Assembly (NCBI GenBank): GCA_965228895.1
Contig: OZ245842.1
Location: 1,920,001-1,984,000, forward strand
Direction: 5' to 3'
Source of the DNA: Alphaproteobacteria bacterium
Lineage (GTDB): Bacteria > Pseudomonadota > Alphaproteobacteria > SP197
DNA length: 64,000 nucleotides
The notes under the pieces were generated by a model, which did no database searches, was not told where the DNA came from, and saw nothing but the letters and a program-made list of their open reading frames with translations. Each line of letters begins with the position of its first letter. Within the stretch, counting starts at the first letter, position 1. This document shows, piece after piece, positions 17,286-27,116 of the stretch. The position numbers and the translations under genes were made by a program.

Positions 17286-19904
17286 CTAAGAGGACGACGG
17301 ACAGGTTACGGTGTGCTGCGTATGGCGGCCGAACCGGACATGGCCGTTGTCTGTCCACGGTTGCGGCCGCGCGCAGTTGCTGGCGACCGGCTGTGCCGCG
17401 TTGCTGGCGCCGCGGTTGGGATCGAGCGCCGCCTTGCATGGTGAATCGTTGTCGTCCGTGATGCCCAGGATCGGCATCAGTGCCTTGACCGGCGCCAGGA
17501 TCGAGCTCAGCAAACTGCCGCCGACGCCGGTCGCCACGTCAAGCGGGCCAACCGACAAACTGGGATCGTCGAGTGGCCCGGTGATTTTGACCGCCGACGC
17601 CAGGCTCAGCAGGGTCGCGTCCTTGGGCGTCGGTGCCAGGCGAAGATTGATGGTCTCGTTGAGCATGTCGATAGAGCCGCTGCCCGCGACCGTCATCGTC
17701 GTGGTGTCGAGCAGGGTGACCTCGCTGGTCGCTTTGCCGTCGGTGAGATCGTAGCGCAGCACGAGACAGGAAATGACGCTCGGGTCCTTTTTGTCGCGCC
17801 ACGGCGCCAGCAAATTCACGAAACTATCGGCCTTGCGCAGCACGTCGCTGCCGACATAGCCGTTCTGCAGCACAATGTCGGCATGGCCGGTGACGTCTTT
17901 GAGTGTCTGGTTGACGTCGGCGATATCGCTGTCGGCCTCGATATCAATATTAAGGGGGCCGCGAACATCGCCTGGCAGGTCGAACATGGTCGAGATATCG
18001 GTGGTCGAGGCTTCGACAAGCTTCAAGGTGCCGTCGATGGGCGGGTTGGTGACACTGTGTGCGATCTTGAAGTCTGACGTCAGCTTGCCGGAGGCAAACA
18101 GCGCGGTGAGGCCGTAGAGCCCGACCTCCCGGTCGTCGGTGCGAATGCGCAGATGCGCATTCTGGAACTCAAGATCTTCGTAGCTGACTTTCGTTGTTTG
18201 AAGGGTGACGTCCAGGTCGATGCCCGGATCGGGAATAATCAACGGCTCGTCCTCGGCGAGGTCGTTGGCACCCATGGCGTCGGCAATGTCCGCCACATCC
18301 AGGTCGTCGGTCGACAGGCTGCCGGAAAAGGCCGTGCGCCCGCCGCTGTCGTCGATGTCCAGCGAACCGGCCAGTTCCTGCTTATCTATGACAGCTTTCA
18401 AGCTGCTCAGCGTGTAATTGTCGCTGTCCTTCTCGATCAGGTTCGTCGACATGGTGAACGGCAGGGCCGGCAAGTCGATGTCGTAAAGATTGCCGATGGC
18501 CTGCAGGTTGTCGGTGGTGACCTGAAGCGGAAGCGGCACGCTAAGCGGATCGTCGAGATTGGCGATTGTTGCGCCGAAGGTGGCGTTGGCCGAACCGGAT
18601 GCCGCGACACCATCGGTGACCACAAATGCGCCGTTGGTTTCGGTTCCTTTCAGCGACATCGTGAACGCCGTGGCGGGCATCTCGATGTCCAGCCAGTCGC
18701 CCAGGCGCGACATGTCGGGTCCCGACAGTGACAGTTTGACGGCCTGGGGCGGAATACCGTCCCATGTCGCATCGGTCATCTCGAACGTGATATCCGTCTC
18801 GCCCAGTTTGCCGCTGCCGCTTGCCTGAAGCTTGTCGTCCAAGCTGAAACTGGCGTCCAGCGCATAGGATTCCGACGGCAGATCAATCGTCGCCAGTTTG
18901 GCGATCCAAGTCGGATCGTCGCCGGAAATCGAGACGCTGCCGGATGCCGATGGCGGTGACACGTCGGTCCCGATGGTAACGTCGAGCTTCGCCGTCGTGT
19001 CAGTCAGGGTCGCGTCGCCCTTGGCGACAATTTGATCGCCCGTCACGTTGGCGGTGCCGGTGAATTGGAGCGGTTGGGCCGGCAACTGCACGCCGGCCAG
19101 CGGCGATAGCGATGAGATATCATCGCTATCAATCGTGATGTCGGCCGAGCCGCTGGCCGTGCCGTCATGACCAAGGCCGACGTGACCGTCGATGGTTAGC
19201 GTCACGCCCAAAGCCACCACGTTGCCCTTAACCGGCGTGTCGAGATCCGGGTCAATCACCGCCTCCAGGCTCGGCAGGTTGAGATCGATAGTCACCGGTG
19301 TGTCGTCGACCTGGCCGGTCGTGGTGATGTCGAGGTTGTTTGCCGACGAGGCCAGATGCACATCGTCGAACCAGCCATTCAGGCTGTCGCCGGCGGCCTT
19401 ATCGTCAAACTTGACGTTGAGTCGCGTGATGCTGAGGTCGTCGGGCAGTGTGACCGACATGCCGCCGCCGCTGCCGTTGTCCGACGTCTCCAGGTTCCAG
19501 TTGGCTTCACCGTCACTCGACATCTCGAGATTGGCATCAACCTGCTCCATGTCCAGCTTGTCGAACACCAGATTGCCAGATAGCAACGGCCATAGCTGGA
19601 CCGTTGCGTCGAGTTTGCTGATGACGAGCATGTCCTCGTCGCTCGCCCAGGACGCGTTTTTCAGCTTGACGTCGGTGGCGGTGATCTCGGGCGCAAGTGA
19701 CAGGGATACGTTGAGCGTGCCGTCAATATCCAGGCGCCGGCCCAGCGCGTCTTCCAGGCGGTCGGCCAGGACCTGATCGAACATGTTCTTGTCAAACTGA
19801 CTGACAGCCACGATCAGCCCGACCAGAACCGCTATGACAAGCAGCCCAGTTAGCTTAAGAAGGCGCCGCCGCCATGATTTGCGGCGTTGACGACGTTTAA
19901 CCAT
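17286..19904 (-). CDS. AsmA family protein
   Basis: N-terminal basic stretch plus TM, LGRRLDIDG.L.VSLSL.P, NASWASD, GEANW; C-terminal ISCLV..Y....G.A......LDT....V.GSG.ID...E.INL.L.P.PK and ITGPLDDP. Confidence 0.88.
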   Translation of the reverse strand: MVKRRQRRKSWRRRLLKLTGLLVIAVLVGLIVAVSQFDKNMFDQVLADRLEDALGRRLDIDGTLNVSLSLAPEITATDVKLKNASWASDEDMLVISKLDATVQLWPLLSGNLVFDKLDMEQVDANLEMSSDGEANWNLETSDNGSGGGMSVTLPDDLSITRLNVKFDDKAAGDSLNGWFDDVHLASSANNLDITTTGQVDDTPVTIDLNLPSLEAVIDPDLDTPVKGNVVALGVTLTIDGHVGLGHDGTASGSADITIDSDDISSLSPLAGVQLPAQPLQFTGTANVTGDQIVAKGDATLTDTTAKLDVTIGTDVSPPSASGSVSISGDDPTWIAKLATIDLPSESYALDASFSLDDKLQASGSGKLGETDITFEMTDATWDGIPPQAVKLSLSGPDMSRLGDWLDIEMPATAFTMSLKGTETNGAFVVTDGVAASGSANATFGATIANLDDPLSVPLPLQVTTDNLQAIGNLYDIDLPALPFTMSTNLIEKDSDNYTLSSLKAVIDKQELAGSLDIDDSGGRTAFSGSLSTDDLDVADIADAMGANDLAEDEPLIIPDPGIDLDVTLQTTKVSYEDLEFQNAHLRIRTDDREVGLYGLTALFASGKLTSDFKIAHSVTNPPIDGTLKLVEASTTDISTMFDLPGDVRGPLNIDIEADSDIADVNQTLKDVTGHADIVLQNGYVGSDVLRKADSFVNLLAPWRDKKDPSVISCLVLRYDLTDGKATSEVTLLDTTTMTVAGSGSIDMLNETINLRLAPTPKDATLLSLASAVKITGPLDDPSLSVGPLDVATGVGGSLLSSILAPVKALMPILGITDDNDSPCKAALDPNRGASNAAQPVASNCARPQPWTDNGHVRFGRHTQHTVTCPSSS

Positions 19905-20259
19905 GATCGCACTGTAGACCGAATTTCGGGCCCGGTAACCCGTCAGTGCCGGTTCGATATGGCGGGTCGCTGCTGTTGTGGAGGCGAGGTTAGGTCACGT
20001 GTCAAAGTCTGACGAGCCTCTCAGCGAGGCGACATTGTCCCTCTACCTGCGCCGATTGGTCCAAGACGAGATCGATCGTTCGTTCAAGCTTGGCTTGTCG
20101 GCACCGAAGAACGGCGGCCGTCGTGCCGAGCGTCCCAAATCTGACGCCCAGGTGACAGGCAGTCCCGCAAAGCGCGGCAACGGGGGGCTGTAATCTCCGC
20201 GATTACGGGTGTTGCGAAGCCGTGTATCCGTGCGGTGTGACCGGCTATACCTGTTCGCG

Positions 20260-22155
20260 ATGGTGTGCGTGACATCCTATAGACACTGTTTGGCGTGCTT
20301 CGTCGCGGCAATCCTCCTCGTTTCGTCCGCGGGTTGGGCTGACGACGATGAGGGCTCAGAACCGGCTGAGACGGAACAGGCGGGGCCGCAGGTCGACTAT
20401 GACGTCACCTTGAATGTCCCCAACATCGAGGGCCTGCGCGGACAGATCGAAGAGAGTTCACAGCTGATCAGCCTCTCCGATGATCCGCCGGCCAGTCTCA
20501 GCGGCCTCAGGCGTCGCGTCGATGCCGATAGCGAGCGGTTCGATGCGGTCATGCGCTCGCGTGGCTACTATGACAGCGAGATCATTTCGCGCATCGATAC
20601 GGAAACGGAGCCGGTCACCGTCGAAATCTCGGTGACGACCGGCGAGCAGTACCTGATCGCCGCCTACGATATCGCCTATTTCGGCGGCGCTCCCGCCCAC
20701 GAAGCCGCGCTGGTCGACTTAACGGATATCGACGTGACGTTGGGAGAGCCTGCCATGGCGGAGGTCGTGGTTGGTGCAGAATCCCAGGCGGTCCGACATT
20801 TGCGCGACAACGGTTATCCGTTCGCGGCATCCGACGATCGGTTGGTGCTCGCTGATCATGCCGATAAGACGATCTGGGTTCAGGTCACGATCACACCCGG
20901 GCCATTCGTGCGCTATGGCCCGACGGAAATTACCGGCATCGACCGCATGGAAGCTAACTATTTCCTGCGCCGTGTGCCCTGGCAGCAGGGCGAGATCTAT
21001 GATCAGTCCGTCGTCGACCAGTACCGGCAGGATCTCGTGGACTCCGGGCTTTTCAGCCAGGTCACCGTAAAACCCGACGAGGACACGGATCAGGAAGTCC
21101 GCACGGTTGAAGTCGCGATCGAGGAGGGGCCGCCGCGAACCGTTCGTGCCGGCGCCTCCTTTTCGACCGAAGACGGCTTCGAGGTCCGTTTCGGGTGGCA
21201 GCACCGCAACATCTTCGGCGAGGCGGAACTGCTGGATCTGTCGACCACGCTCGGCTTGATCCGCCAACGCCTGGACGCGACCTACCGACAACCTGGCTTC
21301 CGGCGGCTGGAACAGGACCTCGTCGTGACCGGCGCCTTGCTCAACGAGGAATTGGAAGCGTTCCGGCAGACGGGCGCCACGGGATCGGTGGCCATCGAGT
21401 GGCCGGTCAGTGAACATTGGACGGGATCGATGGGCGTTGCCGTGGAGTTCTTGCAGATCGACGAGGAGCAGACCGGCGAGGACGACCAGACGGTTCTGCT
21501 GGTCGGTTTGCCCGTCTCCTATAGCTATGACGACACCGACGACCTTCTCAACCCGACCAAGGGATTTCGATTGCTGCTTGGCGCGACACCATGGACCGGC
21601 CGGATCGGACCCGTCTTCAACGTTGTTTCGTCCAGCGTCGGCGCCGTCGAAACCGACAGCCAGGCTGCCGTGTCGTTCCTATCGTCACAGGTCGCCGCCT
21701 CGACCTACTATCCGCTGGACGCGTATGACGACTACGTCATCGCGGTCAGGGGAAGGGTCGCGTCGGTGGGCGGTGAGCCGACCCAGACATTGCCGGCAAA
21801 CAAGCGGCTCTACGCCGGCGGTGCCGGTTCGGTGCGCGGTTACGAGTTTCAGAAGGTCGGTCCGCTGGACGCGGATAACAATCCGCTCGGCGGCCGATCC
21901 TTGATCACCGTGGGCGCAGAGCTGCGGGTTCGTTTTCTGGACGACTTCGGCGTTGTCCCGTTCATTGACGGCGGCGGCGTCTATGATTCGACAGTCCCGG
22001 ATTTTGAGGAGGAGTTCTTTTGGGGCGCCGGCCTGGGCGTTCGTTACTACACCGATTTCGGACCGTTGCGCTTGGATGTCGGCGTGCCCCTGAATCGCCG
22101 CAAGAATATCGATGATCCCTTTCAGTTCTACATCAGCCTGGGTCAAGCGTTTTGA
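20260..22155 (+). CDS. tamA: TamA-like Omp85 outer-membrane protein
   Basis: Signal peptide, POTRA motifs (RSRGYY, LRDNGYPFA), YAGGAGSVRGYEFQ, C-terminal FYISLGQAF; start approximate. Confidence 0.92.
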   Translation: MVCVTSYRHCLACFVAAILLVSSAGWADDDEGSEPAETEQAGPQVDYDVTLNVPNIEGLRGQIEESSQLISLSDDPPASLSGLRRRVDADSERFDAVMRSRGYYDSEIISRIDTETEPVTVEISVTTGEQYLIAAYDIAYFGGAPAHEAALVDLTDIDVTLGEPAMAEVVVGAESQAVRHLRDNGYPFAASDDRLVLADHADKTIWVQVTITPGPFVRYGPTEITGIDRMEANYFLRRVPWQQGEIYDQSVVDQYRQDLVDSGLFSQVTVKPDEDTDQEVRTVEVAIEEGPPRTVRAGASFSTEDGFEVRFGWQHRNIFGEAELLDLSTTLGLIRQRLDATYRQPGFRRLEQDLVVTGALLNEELEAFRQTGATGSVAIEWPVSEHWTGSMGVAVEFLQIDEEQTGEDDQTVLLVGLPVSYSYDDTDDLLNPTKGFRLLLGATPWTGRIGPVFNVVSSSVGAVETDSQAAVSFLSSQVAASTYYPLDAYDDYVIAVRGRVASVGGEPTQTLPANKRLYAGGAGSVRGYEFQKVGPLDADNNPLGGRSLITVGAELRVRFLDDFGVVPFIDGGGVYDSTVPDFEEEFFWGAGLGVRYYTDFGPLRLDVGVPLNRRKNIDDPFQFYISLGQAF

Positions 22156-25100
22156 AACGGCGCATCCTTATCATCACCGCGTCGCTGGCCGCCCTGCTGG
22201 TCGTCCTGGCGGTGGCTGTTGTCGTCGGAGGCCTGATCTACATTGACACCGCCAGCGGACGCACGTGGCTGGCCAAGACGATCGAGGATGCGGCCAGCGA
22301 GCCGGGCGTGATGGAGATCGAAATCGGTTCCATCGGACCGGGATTGCCAGGTGCGATCGCCATCGATCAAGTCACTGTCCTGGACGGCGAGGGACCCTGG
22401 CTAACCGTTGACGATGTCGCGGTTGATTGGGACCCCTGGGCGCTTCTCACGCGGACCGTGGCTGTCGACTCATTCACTGTTGGCGATGTCGTTGTCAGCC
22501 GGGCACCCGTTTCCGGCGAGAGTAGCGACGATGTCACCGAGACCGATGCCGATGCGGCACTGCCCACACTGCCGGTCGGTGTGACGATCGATGAGATTGT
22601 GGTCGCGCGTGTCGACCTCGACGAAGCACTGTTCGGCATCGCCGCAACCTTGAAGGTCGAAGGCATGGCCAGTGCGTCGCGCGCTGGTGACGTGGCGTTG
22701 GATCTTGGCGTGTTCCGCACGGATGGCGCGGGGGGCGCGGTCCAGACCAAAGCCGATGTCAATCTGGGCGCCAACCAACTAACGCTCTGGGCCAACGTCT
22801 ACGAACCGGCTGATGGCGTTATCGTGCACATGTTGGGCTTGGAGGATGCGCCGCCCTTCGATCTGACGCTTGAGGGCAAAGGACCGGCAAACGACTGGTC
22901 GGGAACGCTGAACGCGATGGCCGGCGACGACCTTGCGGTCGATGTCGATCTCCGGGTTCAGGCTGCGGATACACTGAAAGTGGCGCTTGACGGCAGCGCC
23001 AGCGTAACGCCTCTGGTCCCGGCGGACGTTCAGCCGCTGGTCGGCACGTCGCTGACGATCAACACCGCCTTCGTTATCGACGATGACCTCTATCGCATCG
23101 AGAGCCTGGCGGTGGAGGCACAGTCGCTCGCGATTTCGGCAGCCGGCGAATTGGACCTGGCGGCGAACACGGTTGACCTGGAGGCGCTGCTGGAGAGCCG
23201 CGACAACGGGCCGATCGAAGTCTTGGCCGACCCGCTCACGCTGGGGACTTGGGAGCTCAGCTTGACCGCGACGGGCGATCTCGCCGCGCCGGCGCTGACC
23301 GTGGCGGGGTCGATCAATGCGCTGGGCGTCCCCGATGCCGTCGCCGGGGATGCCACGCTCTCCGCCATCCTCGTCCCGGATGCAGACCGGGGCTGGCACG
23401 GTGAGGGCCAGGTCGTCGTCGATAGTCTGGTCGCCCGTGAACCCGCTGTCGGCACGCTTTTGGAGAACACGGCCCAGATCGACATTGACGTCACCATCGA
23501 CGAAGAGTTCGCCGAACTTTCGGTGGCGACGTTGCGGGTCACCGGCGCGAACCTGGATGTCGCGGCCCAGGGCGCACTCGATTTGAACGCGATGTCCGGT
23601 GAGGTCGTGGCAGATGTCGATGTCGCCGATGTCTCCGGTTTCAGCGATCTCGTCGGCTTGCCGATGAGCGGCGGTCTTTCGGTCCAAAGCGATCTGTTGC
23701 TGGCGCCTGATTTCTCTCTCATGACCGGCCCGATCAACATTGCCGGAGAGGGGCTTGAAATCGCCATGAGCAGTGTCTCGCCGTTCATCGGCAACAGCTT
23801 GACGGTGACGACCGAACTGGAAAGCGATCTCGCGACCTATGCCGTTCTCGATGCCTTGAAAGCCCAGACAGAATCCGTCGATGCCACCGGCCGCATTGAT
23901 CTTGCCGACGGCTTCTCGACCCTGGACGGCGATTTGGCCGGTGAACTCATCGTCACGCCCGCGGTCGCAGGGTTGCTTGCTGCTGACGCGGGCGGCAGCG
24001 CCTCGTTCGAAGCCCAGCTCTCGGGGTCCGTCGATGATCCGCTCGTCCGCGCGCAGGCCGTGCTCAACGGCGTCAGCATGGCCGGTATCTCCGCCGATGG
24101 CGTTAGGGCTGCCGCGGAGGTTGGCGACCTTTCCGGTGCGCCCAGCGGCAAGGCCCTGATCACGCTGCCGCCCGAGTCCGGTTCCCTCAAGGTCGCCGTG
24201 TCGTTTGTTGAAGAGGGGGAAGACATCAATCTTCCGGTGATCGCGCTAAACGGTCCTGGCCTGGTGGGCAATGGTGCGCTCCGCGTCAACGGAGCCGGGA
24301 TCGTCTCCGGCACCATTCAGGCCAGCGACGCCAATGTTGGCCCGCTCGCCGGGTTGGTCGGTCTGGATGGCGATGGTGCCCTGACGTTCCGTATCGATGC
24401 GCAGGCCGGGGCAGGCGGCGGCCAAGAGGCGCGTGTCGCCTTGCGGGCCAACGACCTGATCTTGACCCTGGATGATGGCGGTCTGATCACCGTGGGGGAC
24501 ATCCGTGTCAACGCCGACCTCAGCGATCTCGATGGCGAACCGGCCGGCGTTGCCGACATCTCGTTGAGCCAAGCCTCGTTCGATACCTACACGCTGGACG
24601 GCGCGGTCGTGCGCGGCGAGCTGGCCGGCGACCTCGCGACGATCGACGCGCAGGCAAGCGGCAATGCCGGCGTCCCGGTCAGCGTCGATACGGCGATTCA
24701 GGCCGATCTCGCCAGCGACAATGTGGAGCTTGTCTTCGAGCGACTGGCAGGTACCGTCAGCGACCAGGACTTCGCGCAGAACGGCCCGCTTCGCCTGGAG
24801 CTGGGTGATGGCACAGTCGTCGTCGAGAACATCGTCCTCGAGATGGGCGGCGGCACCGTTTCGGGTGATTTTGTACGTACGCCCCAGTCGCTTGAGGCAG
24901 GCGTCGAAATTGCCAACCTGCCGTTCGAACTGATCCGGATCATCGCGCCCAGGTCACGCACAACCGGCCTGATTGAAGGCAGCGCCCAGGTGACGACGCG
25001 CAACAATGCGGTGGTCGGCTCCGTCGACCTTGCGGTGAACGACGTTGATTTATCCGAGCGCACCGGCGACGAGAACATGGTTGCTGATGTTCGGTTCAAT

Positions 25101-26510
25101 GCCGAACTGGATGAGAGCTTGATCACGGCAGAGCTGGATGTATCGGGCTTGCCCGGCAGCCAGGTTTCCGGTCAGGCCCGCATTGGCGCGGCGTTGAATG
25201 CCACCACGCTGGAAGCAGCCAACGCCATGTCGGCTCCCCTGGACGCTGCGATCGACGTGAACATCAAGCTGTCGGAGATCTGGGAAACGCTTCCGGCCAG
25301 CGACCAGCGTATGACGGGTAACCTAGTGGCGGCGCTAACGGCGCAAGGCGTTGTTGGCGATCCCGATGTTGCCGGTGAAATAACCTTGCGGGACGGCACC
25401 TATGAACACCTGGTCTATGGAACGCTGATCGACCAGATCGCCCTGACGGTGACCGGCAACAGCACCGAACGATTGACCCTCGCCCTACAGGCGAGCGACG
25501 GCGGCGATGGGCGTATCGAAGCCAATGGCGATGTGAACCTTGCCGGCGATATCGACATTCAGGCAGCCCTGTCGCTCAGTAGCGCCACCTTGGTTCGCCG
25601 CGACGATGTAACCGCCACGGCCAGCGGCAACATCACCTATAACGGCACACCTTTGCGGGGCGCCATCGAGGGCGCAATCACGACGGACGTGATTGAGATC
25701 AACCTCGTCAACTCCCTGCCGCCCTCGGTTGTCGTCCTGGATGTTCAGGACGTCTTTGGCGACAGAGGCAATGGCGCGTCTGCGGCGAGTTCGAGTCTAT
25801 GGGTCGCCGATCTTGACGTCACCATCGACATCCCCCGGCGCTTCTTTGTCCGGGGCCGCGGTGTCGAGACCGAGTGGTTCGGCAACATCGCGATTGCCGG
25901 CACCACCGACAATCCGGTCGTGAACGGGAAGATCGAAGTCCAGCGCGGTCAGGTCCTTCTGGTCGGCCGGCCCTTCGATGTCACACGCGGGACCGTGGAA
26001 TTGGACCCCGAGCAGATCGACAACCCGATTCTGGATATTGCGGCCCAGAGCAGCCGTGAGGACGTGACCGGCATTATCACCATCAGCGGCCGCGCCCTTG
26101 ACCCGGATATCGAGATCACGTCGACACCGCCGCTGCCGCAGGCCGAGGTTCTGCCGCGCGTCCTGTTCGGCAAGAGCTCGTCGAACCTCTCGGCGTTCGA
26201 AGCGTTCGAGGTGGCATCGGCCGTCGCCGAGTTGAGCGGCGTGACTGGCGGCTCGAGCATCCTGGACCAGACACGCCAGACGCTCGGCATCGACGTTCTG
26301 CGTGTGTCGTCCGATGACGAGGGAGCCACTCGCGTCGGCGCTGGCAGCTATGTGACAGAGGACGTCTATGTCGGTGTCGAGCAGGGCACCCAGACCGGAT
26401 CCGGCGCCGTCACGGTAGAGGTCGAACTGACGGACAGCCTTTCGGTCGAAACCTCGACAGGCAGCGATGCCAGCGCCAATGTGGGCGTCAATTGGCGATG
26501 GGACTATTAG
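22152..26510 (+). CDS. tamB: TamB-like translocation/assembly module protein
   Basis: 1452 aa, N-terminal anchor, C-terminal DUF490-like motifs (FFVRGRG...EW, S.PPLPQ.EVL.RVLFG, AGSYVTEDVYVGVEQG, GVNWRWDY); 4-bp overlap with tamA. Confidence 0.92.
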   Translation: MKRRILIITASLAALLVVLAVAVVVGGLIYIDTASGRTWLAKTIEDAASEPGVMEIEIGSIGPGLPGAIAIDQVTVLDGEGPWLTVDDVAVDWDPWALLTRTVAVDSFTVGDVVVSRAPVSGESSDDVTETDADAALPTLPVGVTIDEIVVARVDLDEALFGIAATLKVEGMASASRAGDVALDLGVFRTDGAGGAVQTKADVNLGANQLTLWANVYEPADGVIVHMLGLEDAPPFDLTLEGKGPANDWSGTLNAMAGDDLAVDVDLRVQAADTLKVALDGSASVTPLVPADVQPLVGTSLTINTAFVIDDDLYRIESLAVEAQSLAISAAGELDLAANTVDLEALLESRDNGPIEVLADPLTLGTWELSLTATGDLAAPALTVAGSINALGVPDAVAGDATLSAILVPDADRGWHGEGQVVVDSLVAREPAVGTLLENTAQIDIDVTIDEEFAELSVATLRVTGANLDVAAQGALDLNAMSGEVVADVDVADVSGFSDLVGLPMSGGLSVQSDLLLAPDFSLMTGPINIAGEGLEIAMSSVSPFIGNSLTVTTELESDLATYAVLDALKAQTESVDATGRIDLADGFSTLDGDLAGELIVTPAVAGLLAADAGGSASFEAQLSGSVDDPLVRAQAVLNGVSMAGISADGVRAAAEVGDLSGAPSGKALITLPPESGSLKVAVSFVEEGEDINLPVIALNGPGLVGNGALRVNGAGIVSGTIQASDANVGPLAGLVGLDGDGALTFRIDAQAGAGGGQEARVALRANDLILTLDDGGLITVGDIRVNADLSDLDGEPAGVADISLSQASFDTYTLDGAVVRGELAGDLATIDAQASGNAGVPVSVDTAIQADLASDNVELVFERLAGTVSDQDFAQNGPLRLELGDGTVVVENIVLEMGGGTVSGDFVRTPQSLEAGVEIANLPFELIRIIAPRSRTTGLIEGSAQVTTRNNAVVGSVDLAVNDVDLSERTGDENMVADVRFNAELDESLITAELDVSGLPGSQVSGQARIGAALNATTLEAANAMSAPLDAAIDVNIKLSEIWETLPASDQRMTGNLVAALTAQGVVGDPDVAGEITLRDGTYEHLVYGTLIDQIALTVTGNSTERLTLALQASDGGDGRIEANGDVNLAGDIDIQAALSLSSATLVRRDDVTATASGNITYNGTPLRGAIEGAITTDVIEINLVNSLPPSVVVLDVQDVFGDRGNGASAASSSLWVADLDVTIDIPRRFFVRGRGVETEWFGNIAIAGTTDNPVVNGKIEVQRGQVLLVGRPFDVTRGTVELDPEQIDNPILDIAAQSSREDVTGIITISGRALDPDIEITSTPPLPQAEVLPRVLFGKSSSNLSAFEAFEVASAVAELSGVTGGSSILDQTRQTLGIDVLRVSSDDEGATRVGAGSYVTEDVYVGVEQGTQTGSGAVTVEVELTDSLSVETSTGSDASANVGVNWRWDY

Positions 26511-26588
26511 CTGGCATGACGAGGCGATCGGTCTCGTGTTCGTCGTGCCGCGTCTTGATCAATGCGGAACGTTGCCTAAGGGGAAGTG

Positions 26589-26825
26589 ATGGACAAATCG
26601 AAACTGGGTCGGCGGGCGCTGTTACAGGGCGCGGCGCTGGTAGGTTTCGCCGGCTGCGCCCAGGCCGGCGGTAACGACGGCGATGATGGCTTGTGCCCTG
26701 AAGTCGTCGGCCTAACGCTGCGCGTGGTCCGTCCCGGCGACATGGTGACCATGGATTACCGTGAGGACCGCGTGACCGTTCATGTCGACGATGACGGTGT
26801 GATCGAGAGGCTTGAGATCGGCTAG
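26589..26825 (+). CDS. Peptidase inhibitor I78 family small lipoprotein with a Tat-like signal
   Basis: RVVRPGDMVTMDYREDRVTVHVDDDGVI...IG; N-terminal GRRALL and FAGC lipobox. Confidence 0.8.
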   Translation: MDKSKLGRRALLQGAALVGFAGCAQAGGNDGDDGLCPEVVGLTLRVVRPGDMVTMDYREDRVTVHVDDDGVIERLEIG

Positions 26826-26991
26826 ATACCACGATCAACGATCGCGGTACTGCTGCCCAGACTGTGCCGCTGTGGCACATAACAAGACATGAGGCTCGTC
26901 AATCGGGGGCGTGAACGTCGTTCACAGAAGCGGCCTAAGTTATTGCCGTATGGGGATAAACAAGGGCGGCGTGGCAATGCTGTCGAAAGAC

Positions 26992-27067
26992 TGGTGCCGG
27001 ATGTCTGACTCGAACAGACGACCTACCGCTTACAAGGCGGTTGCTCTACCAACTGAGCTAATCCGGC
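26992..27067 (-). tRNA. tRNA-Thr(TGT)
   Basis: Reverse complement GCCGGATTAGCTCAGTTGGTAGAGCAACCGCCTTGTAAGCGGTAGGTCGTCTGTTCGAGTCAGACATCCGGCACCA folds as a cloverleaf with encoded CCA. Confidence 0.97.
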
Positions 27068-27116
27068 GCCGCGCGTGACCTAGCATAAACCGGGATCGCG
27101 CAAAACTGCTTGTGAG

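Noticed and set aside
19895-19904. TTAACCAT at the asmA start
   Set aside because: It is simply the reverse complement of ATG GTT AA within the coding start; no independent support as a CtrA site.
26826-27067. tRNA-Thr 3' end as an integration site for the upstream accessory genes
   Set aside because: No integrase, and I saw no duplicated tRNA 3' end in the window.
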